From Pseudomonas aeruginosa (GTDB taxonomy: Bacteria > Pseudomonadota > Gammaproteobacteria > Pseudomonadales > Pseudomonadaceae), in NCBI RefSeq assembly GCF_001457615.1, contig NZ_LN831024.1, positions 870,001 through 902,000 on the forward strand: DNA of 32,000 bases. Direction: 5' to 3'. Shown here piece after piece: positions 1-10,028 of the stretch; the first letter of the stretch is position 1; each line of letters starts with the position of its first letter. The position numbers were made by a program, and so were the translations under genes. The notes under the pieces are model-generated. The model saw nothing but the letters and a program-made list of their open reading frames with translations. It did not search any database and had not been told where the DNA came from.

Positions 1-650
1 TAGGTGGCGGCGGTGAAGAACAGCACCCAGAACAGGCTTTCCAGGTCCAGCTGGAAGCTGAACAGGTCGGCCACCAGCGGCCGCACCGGAGTGAAGTAGC
101 CGATGAAGGTGATCGCCGTGACCAGGCTCACACCCAGCCACAGCGCGTGCTTGGCCGTTTTGCGCAAGAGCTTGGCGGCGCTCGCCGGACCCTGGTCGAG
201 CTTGATCCGCGCATTGCGGTCGCCCTCGGTGACCTTCTCGCACCACATGAACACCCAGGTCCACACGCTCTGCGGGCAGGTATAGCCGCACCAGACGCGG
301 CCGGCGAACACGGTGATGAAGAACAGGCCGAAGGCGGCGATGATCAGCAGCGCCGAGAGCAGGATGAAGTCCTGCGGCCAGAAGGTCGCGCCGAAAATGT
401 AGAACTTGCGTTCGGGCAGGTCCCAGAGCACCGCCTGGCGGCCGTTCCAGTTCAGCCACAGGGTGCCGAAGAACAGCAGGAACAGCAGGCCGCCGCCGAG
501 GCGGCGGAAGTTGCGGAACAGACCGGTGAAGCTGCGGGTGTAGATCGGGCCGTTCACCGCCGACGGCAGCTTGCCGGGCGCGGGCGGCTGTTTCGACGGA
601 GCGGCCGGTGCGGCGGGCTCGACCTGGATCGCGGGAATTCTTTCGCTCAT
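1..650 (-). CDS. ccoG: CcoG/RdxA/FixG-like cytochrome c oxidase accessory iron-sulfur membrane protein, N-terminal part (gene continues off the left edge)
   Basis: Reverse-strand reading from CAT at 648-650 is open to the edge: MSERIPAIQVEPAAPAAPSKQPPAPGKLPSAVNGPIYTRSFTGLFRNFRRLGGGLLFLLFFGTLWLNWNGRQAVLWDLPERKFYIFGATFWPQDFILLSALLIIAAFGLFFITVFAGRVWCGYTCPQSVWTWVFMWCEKVTEGDRNARIKLD; GRVWCGYTCPQSVWT is typical of the CcoG family. Confidence 0.9.
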   Translation of the reverse strand, partial: MSERIPAIQVEPAAPAAPSKQPPAPGKLPSAVNGPIYTRSFTGLFRNFRRLGGGLLFLLFFGTLWLNWNGRQAVLWDLPERKFYIFGATFWPQDFILLSALLIIAAFGLFFITVFAGRVWCGYTCPQSVWTWVFMWCEKVTEGDRNARIKLDQGPASAAKLLRKTAKHALWLGVSLVTAITFIGYFTPVRPLVADLFSFQLDLESLFWVLFFTAAT

Positions 651-1046
651 TTTTCGTAGGCCCATCAGGCTGGAGAGGCGGTTGCGACTATAGGAACCGG
701 CTGATGGGCGAAACAGCGGCAGATCGAGCGGGAAAAACCGTATCAGATGCCTCCGGAAAGCAGCGGCCCAGCATTGCCGCGGGTTGCCGGGCGACCTCGG
801 GCAGTACAGATATGCGCCCCGTGGCAACCGGTCGCAGGCGGCACGAATTCGCCGCCGTCGGCCATCTGATGTGTTTTTTTCGGCGGAATCTGCCGCTGTT
901 TCGCTGTCTGTACGCGGGCGATAGTGGGTGCCAGTGAACACCGGCCCATCCTGTCGCCAGAAACAGGGGCGCAGCCGGTCCCCGGTTTCTTCGCCACGCA
1001 CCCTGCCCGTCATCGGTGGAGAAACCCTGTCGATGAGGGCTTTGCG

Positions 1047-2720
1047 ATGTACCAGTACGACGAATACGACCAGGCGCTGGTGAGCGAGCGGGTGGCGCAG
1101 TTCCGCGACCAGATCGCCCGCCGCCTCGACGGCGAACTGAGCGAGGAGGAGTTCCTCCCGCTGCGCCTGCAGAACGGCCTGTACCTGCAGAAGCACGCCT
1201 ACATGCTGCGCGTGGCGATTCCCTACGGCACCCTCTCGTCGCCGCAACTGCGCGCCTTGGCGCACGTCGCCCGGCACTACGACCGCGGCTACGGGCACTT
1301 CACCACGCGGCAGAACATCCAGTTCAACTGGATCGAACTGGAGCAGGTCGGCGATATCCTCGAACACCTCGCCGGCGCGCAGATGCATGCGATCCAGACC
1401 TCCGGCAACTGCGTGCGCAACATCACCACCGAAGCCTTCGCCGGGGTCGCCGCGGACGAATGGACCGACCCCCGGCCGCTGGCCGAGATCCTGCGCCAGT
1501 GGTCGACGGTGAACCCGGAGTTCCTGTTCCTCCCGCGCAAGTTCAAGATCGCCCTCAGTTCGGCGGTGGAAGACCGCGCCGCGGTGCAGATGCACGACAT
1601 CGGCCTGTACCTTTACCGCCACCCCGACGCCGGCGAGTTGCGCCTGCGGGTCCTGGTCGGCGGCGGCCTGGGACGCACGCCGATGCTCGGCCAGGTGATC
1701 CGCGACGACCTGCCCTGGCAGCACCTGTTGTCCTACGTCGAGGCGATCCTGCGGGTCTACAACCGCTACGGCCGGCGCGACAACAAGTACAAGGCGCGGA
1801 TCAAGATCCTGGTCAAGGCGCTGGGCATCGAGGCTTTCGCCCGCGAGGTGGAGGAAGAGTGGCAGCACCTGCGCGACGGCCCGGCGCAACTGACTGCCGA
1901 GGAGTGCCAGCGGGTCGCCGAGCGCTTCGTATTGCCGCGCTACCTGCCGCCGGCCGGCGGCGAGCTGGCCTACGGCAGCGCCCGTGCGGCCGATCCGGCC
2001 TTCGCCCGCTGGGCCTCGCGCAACGTCCAGGCGCACAAGGTGCCGGGCTACGCCTCGGTGGTGCTGTCGACCAAGCCCGGCGCCAGCGCGCCGCCGGGCG
2101 ACGTCACCGCGGAGCAGATGGAACGTGTCGCCGACTGGGCCGAGCGCTACGGTTTCGGCGAGATCCGTGTGGCCCACGAACAGAACCTGGTGCTCCCCGA
2201 CGTGCGCCTGGAGAACCTCCACGCGCTGTGGCGCGAGGCCTGCGCAGCCGGCCTCGGCACGCCTAACCAAGGCCTGCTCAGCGACATCATCGCCTGTCCC
2301 GGCGGCGACTACTGCGCGCTGGCCAACGCCAAGTCGATCCCCATCGCCCAGGGTATCCAGCAGCGCTTCGAGGACCTCGACCACCTGCACGACATCGGCG
2401 AGCTTAGCCTGAACATCTCCGGCTGCATGAACGCCTGCGGCCACCACCACATCGGCAACATCGGCATCCTCGGCGTCGACAAGAACGGCAGCGAGTGGTA
2501 CCAGGTCACCCTCGGCGGCGCCCAGGGCAAGGACAGCGCGCTGGGCAAGGTGATCGGGCCATCGTTCAGCGCTGCCGAGGTGCCGGCGGTGATCGAACGG
2601 ATCGTCGAAACCTTCACCGACCTGCGGGTCGGCCCGGAACGTTTCATCGACACCTTCAACCGGGTCGGCCTGGAGCCGTTCAAGGCCCGGGTCTACGCCA
2701 GGATGGAGGAACCGGCATGA
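1047..2720 (+). CDS. Nitrite/sulfite reductase hemoprotein beta-component (CysI-like)
   Basis: ORF from MYQYDEYDQALVSERVAQF; siroheme/4Fe-4S reductase motifs TTRQNIQFNW, TSGNCVRNITTE, CPGGDYCALANAKSIPIAQ, LNISGCMNACGHHHIGNIGILG. The upstream track extension (924-1046) looks non-coding. Confidence 0.92.
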   Translation: MYQYDEYDQALVSERVAQFRDQIARRLDGELSEEEFLPLRLQNGLYLQKHAYMLRVAIPYGTLSSPQLRALAHVARHYDRGYGHFTTRQNIQFNWIELEQVGDILEHLAGAQMHAIQTSGNCVRNITTEAFAGVAADEWTDPRPLAEILRQWSTVNPEFLFLPRKFKIALSSAVEDRAAVQMHDIGLYLYRHPDAGELRLRVLVGGGLGRTPMLGQVIRDDLPWQHLLSYVEAILRVYNRYGRRDNKYKARIKILVKALGIEAFAREVEEEWQHLRDGPAQLTAEECQRVAERFVLPRYLPPAGGELAYGSARAADPAFARWASRNVQAHKVPGYASVVLSTKPGASAPPGDVTAEQMERVADWAERYGFGEIRVAHEQNLVLPDVRLENLHALWREACAAGLGTPNQGLLSDIIACPGGDYCALANAKSIPIAQGIQQRFEDLDHLHDIGELSLNISGCMNACGHHHIGNIGILGVDKNGSEWYQVTLGGAQGKDSALGKVIGPSFSAAEVPAVIERIVETFTDLRVGPERFIDTFNRVGLEPFKARVYARMEEPA

Positions 2721-3205
2721 ACAACCTGATCCGTTTGCGCGATGGCGTCGCCGAGGTCTGCCGCGACGATCCCTGGCAACTCCTGCGCGAGTTGCCCGAC
2801 GCGCTGCCGCCGGGGCCGTTGCTGCTGCCTCTGGCGGCCTGGCTGGAGCGCCGCGGCGAGGCCGGAGCCGCCGCGCCCTGGCTGGCGCCGGACGATGAGG
2901 TGGAGGCCTTGCTGCCGCACTTCGCCGAGCTGCCGCTGATCGCCGTCGACTTCCCCAGCTTCCGCGACGGTCGTGGCTACAGCCTGGCCTACCTGCTGCG
3001 CGTGCGCCTGGGGTGGAGCGGCGAGTTGCGCGCAGTGGGCGACGTGTTGCGCGACCAGCTCAGCCATATGCGCCAGTGCGGCTTCGATGCCTTCGCGGTG
3101 CGCGAGGACAAGAACGTCGAGGATGCGCTCAAGGGGCTGGCGGGCTTGAGCGTGCTCTACGGCCGCTCGGCGATCGAGCCGCGACCGTTGTTCCGCCGAC
3201 GCTAG
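2717..3205 (+). CDS. DUF934 family protein, predicted partner in sulfite/nitrite reduction
   Basis: MNNLIRLRDGVAEVCRDDPWQLL... with ATGA overlap with the upstream reductase stop; VDFPSFRDGRGYSLAYLLRVRLGWSGELRAVGDVLRDQLSHMRQCGFDAFAVR matches DUF934. Confidence 0.88.
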   Translation: MNNLIRLRDGVAEVCRDDPWQLLRELPDALPPGPLLLPLAAWLERRGEAGAAAPWLAPDDEVEALLPHFAELPLIAVDFPSFRDGRGYSLAYLLRVRLGWSGELRAVGDVLRDQLSHMRQCGFDAFAVREDKNVEDALKGLAGLSVLYGRSAIEPRPLFRRR

Positions 3206-3253
3206 GCATACGCCCCCGGACCGACGCCGATACCTGCCGCAACGCCGACCTGG

Positions 3254-3278
3254 CCCCTCTCCCGCAGCGGGAGCGGGG
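3254..3278. terminator. Candidate bidirectional terminator between convergent genes
   Basis: CCCC t CTCCC gcagc GGGAG c GGGG stem-loop in the gap between the DUF934 gene (+) and hpaI (-); no strong T-tract. Confidence 0.4.
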
Positions 3279-3286
3279 CGCACCCC

Positions 3287-4093
3287 TCAGCCGTAGACCG
3301 AGGAACTGGCGGACGGCGCCGGCGCGCCGCCCTTGAAGCGCCCCGCCAGCTCGCGCAGCGAACGCATCAGCAGGCTGGTGTCCACGCCCACCGCGACGAA
3401 CGCGCAGCCCAGCTCCAGGTAGCGCCGCGCCAGTGTCTCGTCGGCGGAGAGGATGCCGGCGGCCTTGCCGGCCGTGCGGATGCGGTGGATGGCGTCCTCT
3501 ATGGCCGCCTGCACCTCGGGATGGCCTGGATTGCCGCGATGGCCCATGGCTGCGCTGAGGTCGGCCGGACCGATGAACACGCCGTCGACGCCCTCGACGG
3601 CGGCGATCGCGTCGAGGTTGGCCAGGCCCTCCAGGTTTTCCACCTGGACCAGCAGGCACATCTGCTCGTCGGCGTGGTTCAGGTACTCCGCCACGCTGTT
3701 CCAGCGCGAGGCCCGGGCCAGCGCACTGCCGACCCCGCGTACGCCCGCCGGCGGATAGCGCACGGCGCGCACCAGCCCTTCGGCCTGGGCGGCGCTGTCG
3801 ACCATCGGTACCAGCAGGGTCTGCGCGCCGATGTCGAGCAATTGCTTGATCAGCGCAGTGTCGCCCTGCACCGGGCGGATCACCGGCTGGCCGGGGTAGG
3901 GCGCCAGCGCCTGCAACTGGCCGAGCAGGCTGCGCAGGTCGTTGGGCGCGTGCTCGCCGTCCAGCAGCAGCCAGTCGAAGCCGGCGTTGGCGGCCAGCTC
4001 CGCGCAGTAGGGATCGGCCAGGCCGAGCCACAGGCCGATCTGCGCCTCGCCGCTGCGCAGGCGTTGCTTGAAGCGATTGACGGGCAGGTCCAT
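3287..4093 (-). CDS. hpaI: 4-hydroxy-2-oxoheptane-1,7-dioate aldolase (HpcH/HpaI family)
   Basis: 268 aa; [52 protein letters not shown]...; [22 protein letters not shown]. Confidence 0.95.
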   Translation of the reverse strand: MDLPVNRFKQRLRSGEAQIGLWLGLADPYCAELAANAGFDWLLLDGEHAPNDLRSLLGQLQALAPYPGQPVIRPVQGDTALIKQLLDIGAQTLLVPMVDSAAQAEGLVRAVRYPPAGVRGVGSALARASRWNSVAEYLNHADEQMCLLVQVENLEGLANLDAIAAVEGVDGVFIGPADLSAAMGHRGNPGHPEVQAAIEDAIHRIRTAGKAAGILSADETLARRYLELGCAFVAVGVDTSLLMRSLRELAGRFKGGAPAPSASSSVYG

Positions 4094-4105
4094 GGAAATG
4101 CCTCC

Positions 4106-4909
4106 TCAGACGAAACGGCAGGAGATGCTGCCGAGCAGGTCGTAGTCGACGTGGAAGGTGTCCCCCGGCGCGGCCGCCACCGGGCGGGTGAAGGAGCCGC
4201 CGAGGATCACCTGGCCGGCCTCCAGGCAGACGCCGTAGGGCGCCAGCTTGTTGGCCAGCCAGGCGACGCCCTTGGCCGGGTGGTTGAGCACCGCGGCGGA
4301 GACGCCAGACTCCTCGATCACGCCATTGCGGTAGAGGATCGCCGGTACCCGCCGCAGGTCGATATCGCCTGGCCGCACGGCCCGGCCGCCCATCACCACG
4401 CCGGCGTTGGCGGCGTTGTCGGAGATGGTGTCGAAGACCTTGCGCGTGACTTTCGTTTGCGGGTCGACCTGCTGGATGCGCGCATCGATGATTTCCAGCG
4501 CCGGGATCACCCACTCGGTGGCCTCGAGCACGTCGAACAGGGTGCAGCCCGGTCCCTTCAGCGGCTTGCCGAGGATGAACGCCAGCTCCACCTCGACCCG
4601 CGGCACGATGAAGCGCTGGAAGGGGATGTCGCTGCCCTCCTCGAAGAACATGTCGTCGAGCAAGGCGCCGTAGTCCGGCTCGCTGATGTTCGACGAGACC
4701 TGCATGGCGCGCGAGGTCAGGCCGATCTTGTGGCCCTTGAGCACGCGCCCGTCGGCGATCTTGCGCTCGACCCAGGCGCGCTGGATGGCGTAGGCGTCCT
4801 CGATGGCGATGTCCGGGTAGTCGAGGGAGAACTGCCTTACCTGCTGGCGCGAGCGTTCGGCGGCGTCGAGGCGGTTGGCGGCTTCCTGGATCAGACGGGG
4901 ATCGAGCAT
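4106..4909 (-). CDS. hpaH: 2-oxo-hept-4-ene-1,7-dioate hydratase
   Basis: 267 aa from [22 protein letters not shown]...[12 protein letters not shown]...; the longer 522-aa track ORF is a non-coding upstream extension of this frame. Confidence 0.93.
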   Translation of the reverse strand: MLDPRLIQEAANRLDAAERSRQQVRQFSLDYPDIAIEDAYAIQRAWVERKIADGRVLKGHKIGLTSRAMQVSSNISEPDYGALLDDMFFEEGSDIPFQRFIVPRVEVELAFILGKPLKGPGCTLFDVLEATEWVIPALEIIDARIQQVDPQTKVTRKVFDTISDNAANAGVVMGGRAVRPGDIDLRRVPAILYRNGVIEESGVSAAVLNHPAKGVAWLANKLAPYGVCLEAGQVILGGSFTRPVAAAPGDTFHVDYDLLGSISCRFV

Positions 4910-4926
4910 GGTCGGGGTCTCTCGGT

Positions 4927-6231
4927 TCAGCGTGGGTTGACCACGGCGGCGGGGGTCCGCAGGACCAGGCCGGCGCCGAGGGCGATGAGGATGGCCAGCA
5001 GGTACAGGGCCAGGCTGGCGCTCTGGGTGGTGTCGCGCATCCAGCCGATCAGGTAGGGCGCGAGGAAGGCGGCGATGCTGCCGAAGGAACTGATCAGGGC
5101 GATTCCGGCGGCCAGGGTGGCGCTGGAAAGGAAGGCCGGCGGCAGTTGCCAGAACATCGGCAGGGCGGCGCTGGCGCCCATCCCGGCGATCACCAGGCCG
5201 CCCATCACCAGCCAGGCGCTGGTCGGCGCCAGGGCCGCCAGGCTGAGCCCGGCGGCGGCCATCAGCAACGGAATGCCCAGGTGCCAGCGGCGCTCGCGCA
5301 GGCGGTCGGAGGAACGGCCGATGAAGATCATGAAGGCGCAGCCGGCGAGATAGGGCACCGCGCTGAGCATGCCGATGCGGCTGTCCTGGGCGATGCCGGC
5401 GCCATGGATCAGGCTCGGCATCCAGAACGCGATGGTGTTCACCGCCAGCATCACCGCGAAATAGATCGCCACCAGCAGCCACACCTGCGGATTGCTGAAG
5501 ATGCCGGAGAAGGAGGTGATGGTCTTGCGCTGCTCCTCGCCGGCCAGTTCCTCGCGCAGCAGGTGCTTCTGTTCGTCGCTGAGCCACGTCACCCGTTCGA
5601 AGCTTTCCGGCAGCGAGCACCAGACCACCACGCCGAGCAACACAACCGGCAGGCCTTCGATCAGGAACATCCACTGCCAGCCGCGCAGTCCGAGGGCATC
5701 ATGGAAGCCTTCTAGGATCCAGCCCGAAAGCGGTCCGCCGATCACCCCGGCCATGGGCACGGCGATGGCGAACAGAGCGGTGATCTGCCCGCGTCGGCGC
5801 GCCGGGAACCAACGGTTCAGGTAGACCAGGATACCGGGGAAGAAGCCGGCCTCGGCGACCCCCAGGAGAAAGCGCAGCAGGTAGAAGCCGCGCGCGGTCT
5901 CCACCAGCAGCATGGCGGTGGAGAGACAGCCCCAGACCAGCATCAGGCAGGCGATCCAGCGGCGCGGGCCGATCCGTTCCAGCATCAGGTTGCTGGGCAG
6001 GCCGAACAGCGCATAGGCGATGAAGAACAGCCCGGCGCCGAGACCGTAGACGGTGTCGCTGAAGTGCAGGTCGGCGCTCATCTGCAACTTGGCGAAACCG
6101 ATGTTGATGCGGTCCAGATGGGCGAAGACGTAGCACACCAGCAGCAGCGGCATCAGCCGCCAGGTGACGCGGTCGTGGGTGCTGTCGCTGAGAGGCAGGG
6201 TGGTGCTGTTCAGGGTGCTGGCTGTGCTCAT
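4927..6231 (-). CDS. hpaX: 4-hydroxyphenylacetate-type MFS permease
   Basis: 434 aa, 12-TM MFS pattern ([49 protein letters not shown]), located within the hpa cluster. Confidence 0.88.
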   Translation of the reverse strand: MSTASTLNSTTLPLSDSTHDRVTWRLMPLLLVCYVFAHLDRINIGFAKLQMSADLHFSDTVYGLGAGLFFIAYALFGLPSNLMLERIGPRRWIACLMLVWGCLSTAMLLVETARGFYLLRFLLGVAEAGFFPGILVYLNRWFPARRRGQITALFAIAVPMAGVIGGPLSGWILEGFHDALGLRGWQWMFLIEGLPVVLLGVVVWCSLPESFERVTWLSDEQKHLLREELAGEEQRKTITSFSGIFSNPQVWLLVAIYFAVMLAVNTIAFWMPSLIHGAGIAQDSRIGMLSAVPYLAGCAFMIFIGRSSDRLRERRWHLGIPLLMAAAGLSLAALAPTSAWLVMGGLVIAGMGASAALPMFWQLPPAFLSSATLAAGIALISSFGSIAAFLAPYLIGWMRDTTQSASLALYLLAILIALGAGLVLRTPAAVVNPR

Positions 6232-6323
6232 GATCTTGTACTTTTTGTGAGCGCCCGGACGTCCCGGCGACCTGTCGGTGGCCGGGAGGCGAGCTGGGTG
6301 AGTGCAGCGTTATGGCGGGCTGG

Positions 6324-6716
6324 TCAGTCCGCCGGGTTGTTCAGGAATTCATGCACGTTGTTGCGCTTGTAGTTCAGCTCCGCGTCCAGTTCGGTGAGTT
6401 CGAAGGACAGCGCCAGCAGGCGTCGCGCCTGGAGCTCGGCGAAGTGCGCGGTGATCACCTCGAAAAGTGCCTCGGCGACTTGCCGGCGAGTCTCCAGGTC
6501 GCGACCGGCGCCGACTTTCAGGGTCATGTGGACGAAGGCGTAGTCGTGCCTGCCGTCGGCCATGCGCCAGGTGTCCAGGCGCACGCCGCGGCTGCGGATG
6601 CCGCCGAGCGGGAAAACGCCGCTGGCGCCGAGGCAGGCGTGGACCTTCTCGAACAGGCCGGGCAGGTCGGCTTCGGCTTCGATGTTGTCGGTGTATTCGG
6701 CGATGAAGTGCGGCAT
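6324..6716 (-). CDS. hpaF: 5-carboxymethyl-2-hydroxymuconate delta-isomerase
   Basis: 130 aa, MPHFIAEYTDNIEAEADLPGLFEKVHACL..., N-terminal Pro as in CHMI. Confidence 0.93.
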   Translation of the reverse strand: MPHFIAEYTDNIEAEADLPGLFEKVHACLGASGVFPLGGIRSRGVRLDTWRMADGRHDYAFVHMTLKVGAGRDLETRRQVAEALFEVITAHFAELQARRLLALSFELTELDAELNYKRNNVHEFLNNPAD

Positions 6717-6726
6717 GGTGGCGTCC

Positions 6727-7650
6727 TCAGAGGCGGCTGGCGCAACTGGCGCCGGCCGGGTTGCCGGCCTGGGCGGCGGGGATCGCCGAGCCGTCCTGGG
6801 CGGTGACCGGGAATACCGCGTTGATCTGCCCGGTGCCGGAGGAGCCGAAGTAGGGCGTCACGACCTCCGCCTTGCCGTCGTAGGCCGACCAGCCGAGGGC
6901 GCCGAGGAGCATCGCGGTGTCGTGCATGAAGCCTTCGCCATGGCCCTTGGAGGCGTACTCGGGGAGCATCCCGCAGAACTCGGCCCAGCGGCCCTCCTGC
7001 CACATCTGCACGACTTCATGATCGAGAACCTCGAGGAACGGGCTCCAGATGCGGTCGGAGAAGTCCGGCGCCTGGCCGTTCTGGGCGAAGCGGTGGGACA
7101 GCGAGCCGCTGGCGAGGAACGCCACCGTGCCGTCGTAGTGCTCTTCCACCGCCTTGCGCATGGCCCAGCCCAGGCGCGCGCTGTCGTTCAGGTAATGCAC
7201 GGTGCACAGGGCGGAGACCGAGACCACCTTGAAGTGGCGGTCCTGGTTCATGTAGCGCATCGGTACCAGGGTGCCGTACTCCGGGCCGAGGGTGGTGGCG
7301 TCGTGGGCCAGGGTCTCCACGCCGAGCGCGTTGCAGCCCTCGGCGAGGATGCGGCCCAGCTCCGGGTTGCCGGGGAAGCCGTACTCCATGTTGGCGATGA
7401 AGTGCGGCAACTCGTTGCTGGTGTAGAGCCCCTCGAAGTGCGGCGCGCAGTTGATGTGGTAGCCGGCGTTGACCAGCCAGTGGGTGTCGAACACCACGAT
7501 GGTGTCGACCCCCAGTTCGCGGCAGCGCCGGCCGATCTCGCGGTGCCCGTCGATCGCCGGCTGGCGGCAGCCGTGGCGCGGGCCGGGCAGCTCGGACAGG
7601 TACAGCGAGGGTACGTGGGTGATCTTGGCAGCCAGAGCGACTTTGCCCAT
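6727..7650 (-). CDS. hpaD: 3,4-dihydroxyphenylacetate 2,3-dioxygenase (homoprotocatechuate dioxygenase)
   Basis: 307 aa from MGKVALAAKITHVPSLYLSELPGPRHGCRQPAIDGH; extradiol dioxygenase class III. The track ORF extends wrongly to 8811. Confidence 0.94.
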   Translation of the reverse strand: MGKVALAAKITHVPSLYLSELPGPRHGCRQPAIDGHREIGRRCRELGVDTIVVFDTHWLVNAGYHINCAPHFEGLYTSNELPHFIANMEYGFPGNPELGRILAEGCNALGVETLAHDATTLGPEYGTLVPMRYMNQDRHFKVVSVSALCTVHYLNDSARLGWAMRKAVEEHYDGTVAFLASGSLSHRFAQNGQAPDFSDRIWSPFLEVLDHEVVQMWQEGRWAEFCGMLPEYASKGHGEGFMHDTAMLLGALGWSAYDGKAEVVTPYFGSSGTGQINAVFPVTAQDGSAIPAAQAGNPAGASCASRL

Positions 7651-7781
7651 GACGATTCTCCTGGTGGCCCGTTGGGCCTGGCAGCGGGCGCGGCCGTTGG
7701 CGGCTGGCCCGGATTCTTCTGATTGTGTCTGCACGCCGGCGCTGCTGGCGGCCTCGGGCGGCCGCTCTGCACGAGCGCGCC

Positions 7782-9242
7782 CTACACGCCCCAGCGGGGG
7801 ATGTGATGGCTGCCCATGGATATACACACGTTCTTGATCTCGGCGAATACCTCGAAGCTGTATTCCCCGCCTTCGCGTCCGGTGCCCGAGGCCTTCACCC
7901 CGCCGAACGGCTGGCGCAGGTCGCGCACGTTCTGGCTGTTGATGAAGACCATCCCGGCCTCGATGCCGCGTGCCAGGCGATGGGCCTTGCCGATGTCCTG
8001 GGTCCAGATGTAGGAGGCCAGGCCGTATTCCACGTCGTTGGCCAGGCGCAGCGCCTCGGCTTCGTCCTTGAACGGGATCAGGCAGACCACCGGGCCGAAG
8101 ATCTCCTCCTGGGCGATGCGCATGCGGTTGTCCACGTCGGCGAACACCGTGGGCTGGATGAACTGCCCCTTGCTCAGGTGCGCCGGCAGGCCGGCCGGAC
8201 GCTCCAGGCCGCCGGCCACCAGGGTGGCGCCTTCCTCGAGGCCGATGCGGATGTAGCCGGTGACCTTGTCGTAGTGGGCCTGGGTGATCATCGAGCCGAC
8301 CTGGGTCTTCGGGTCCTGCGGATCGCCGACGATCAGGCGCCTGGCGCGCGCGGAGAACTCGGCGACGAACTGCGGGTAGACGCTTTCCTGGACGAAGATG
8401 CGACTGCCGGCGGTGCAGCGCTCGCCGTTCAGCGAGAAGATGGTGAACAGAGCGGCGTCCAGCGCCCGCTCGAGGTCGGCGTCTTCGAAGACCAGCACCG
8501 GCGACTTGCCGCCCAGTTCCATCGAGTATTTCTTGATCCCGGCCGCCTCCATGATCCGTCGCCCGGTGGCGGTGCCGCCGGTGAAGGACACCGCGCGCAC
8601 GTCGCGGTGGCGAACCAGCGCGTCGCCGGCGCTGGCGCCGTAGCCCTGGACCACGTTGAACACCCCCGGCGGAATGCCCGCCTCGTGCACCAGGCGGCCC
8701 AGCTCGTTGGCGGTCAGCGGCGACAGCTCGGACATCTTCAGCACCGCCGTGTTGCCCAGCGCCAGGCACGGCGCGGTCTTCCAGGTGGCGGTCATGAACG
8801 GTACGTTCCACGGCGAGACCAGGCCGCAGACGCCCACCGGCTGGTACAGGGTGTAGTTGAGCATCTGGTCGTCGACCGGATAGCTGTGCCCGTTCATCCG
8901 CGTGCAGACTTCGGCGAAGAACTCGAAGTTGTGCGAGGCGCGCGGGATCAGTACGTTCTTCGTCTGGTGGATCGGCAGGCCGGTGTCGAGGGTCTCAAGT
9001 TCCGCCAGGTGCGGCACGTTCCGGTCGATCAGCTCGCCGAGCCGGCGCATCAGGCGCGCGCGCTCCTTGGCCGGGGTATTGGCCCATTTCGGGAAGGCTT
9101 CCCGGGCCGCCGCCACCGCCGCGTCGATTTCCGCCGCGCCGCCGCTGGCAACCTCGCCGATCAGCTCGCCGGTGGCCGGGTTGTAGTTCTCGAAGACGTC
9201 CTTGCTTTCGACCTCGCGGCCATTGATCCAGTGTTTGATCAT
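7782..9242 (-). CDS. hpaE: 5-carboxymethyl-2-hydroxymuconate semialdehyde dehydrogenase
   Basis: 486 aa from MIKHWINGREVESKDVFENYNPATGELIGEVASGG; ALDH motifs SFTGGTATGR, MELGGKSPVLVFEDADLERA, FSLNGERCTAGSRI. Confidence 0.95.
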   Translation of the reverse strand: MIKHWINGREVESKDVFENYNPATGELIGEVASGGAAEIDAAVAAAREAFPKWANTPAKERARLMRRLGELIDRNVPHLAELETLDTGLPIHQTKNVLIPRASHNFEFFAEVCTRMNGHSYPVDDQMLNYTLYQPVGVCGLVSPWNVPFMTATWKTAPCLALGNTAVLKMSELSPLTANELGRLVHEAGIPPGVFNVVQGYGASAGDALVRHRDVRAVSFTGGTATGRRIMEAAGIKKYSMELGGKSPVLVFEDADLERALDAALFTIFSLNGERCTAGSRIFVQESVYPQFVAEFSARARRLIVGDPQDPKTQVGSMITQAHYDKVTGYIRIGLEEGATLVAGGLERPAGLPAHLSKGQFIQPTVFADVDNRMRIAQEEIFGPVVCLIPFKDEAEALRLANDVEYGLASYIWTQDIGKAHRLARGIEAGMVFINSQNVRDLRQPFGGVKASGTGREGGEYSFEVFAEIKNVCISMGSHHIPRWGV

Positions 9243-10018
9243 TCTGCGTGCTCCTGTGCGCGGGCGCGGAAGAATTCGGCCTCGCTGACGATTCGGTTGA
9301 CCAGGCGACCGACGCCTTCCACCTCCACCACCACTTCGTCGCCGGGGACCACGTCGGACAGGCCTTCCGGGGTGCCGGTGGCGATCATGTCGCCCGGCTG
9401 CAGGGTCATGAAGCTGGAGAAGTATTCGATCAGGTAGGGAATGTCGAAGATCATGTCCGCGGTGCTGCCTTCCTGGCGCAGCTCGCCGTTGACCCAGGTG
9501 CGCAGGACCAGCCGGTTCGGCTCGGGAACCTCGGCCGCGTCGACGATCCACGGCCCCACCGGGGTGGTGGCGTCGCGGTTCTTCACCCGCAGGTTGGGCC
9601 GGTAGTAGTTCTCCAGGTAGTCGCGGATCGCGTAGTCGTTGCACACCGTGTAGCCGGCCAGGTAGCCGAGGGCGTCCTCGCGGCGGACGTTGCGCGCCGG
9701 CTTGCCGATCACCGCCACCAGTTCGCACTCGTAGTGCATGTAGTCGACGTTGTCCGGACGCCAACTGACCTGGCGGTGGCCGGTGTAGGTGCCCGGCGAC
9801 TTGATGAACGCCAGCGGTTCGCTGGGCGCCTTGAACGACAGTTCGGCGGCATGGTCGGCGTAGTTCAGGCCGAGGGCGAACATGCTCCCGGTGGCCGGCG
9901 GCAGCCACTCCACCCGGTCCTCGGCGAGCAGGGTGCCGTCGGCCAGGCGGACGGCGTTGGCGTCTTCCACGGTGACCTGGTGAACCCGGCCCTGGTAGCG
10001 GATGCGTGCGTGTTTCAT
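9239..10018 (-). CDS. hpaG2: HpaG2-type 2-hydroxyhepta-2,4-diene-1,7-dioate isomerase / OPET decarboxylase subunit (FAH family)
   Basis: 259 aa; GLNYADHAAE, YECELVAVIGKPARNV, GYTVCNDYAIRDY, TGTPEGLSDVVPGDEVVVEVEGVG; 4-bp overlap with hpaE. Confidence 0.9.
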   Translation of the reverse strand: MKHARIRYQGRVHQVTVEDANAVRLADGTLLAEDRVEWLPPATGSMFALGLNYADHAAELSFKAPSEPLAFIKSPGTYTGHRQVSWRPDNVDYMHYECELVAVIGKPARNVRREDALGYLAGYTVCNDYAIRDYLENYYRPNLRVKNRDATTPVGPWIVDAAEVPEPNRLVLRTWVNGELRQEGSTADMIFDIPYLIEYFSSFMTLQPGDMIATGTPEGLSDVVPGDEVVVEVEGVGRLVNRIVSEAEFFRARAQEHAE

Positions 10019-10028
10019 GGTCGGTTCC

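Noticed and set aside
3129-4514. 461-aa minus-strand ORF overlapping hpaI and hpaH
   Set aside because: Out of frame with both genuine genes and lacks recognisable domains; its tail reflects third-position GC bias.
4106-5674. Long minus-strand track ORFs such as 522 aa here, and 694 aa at 6727-8811 and 708 aa at 7782-9908
   Set aside because: Only the C-terminal portions are the real HpaH, HpaD and HpaE. The N-terminal extensions overlap other real genes in the wrong frame and are Arg/Pro-rich noise.
7725-9437. 570-aa ORF on the plus strand opposite hpaE
   Set aside because: Antisense to the dehydrogenase; no domain signature.
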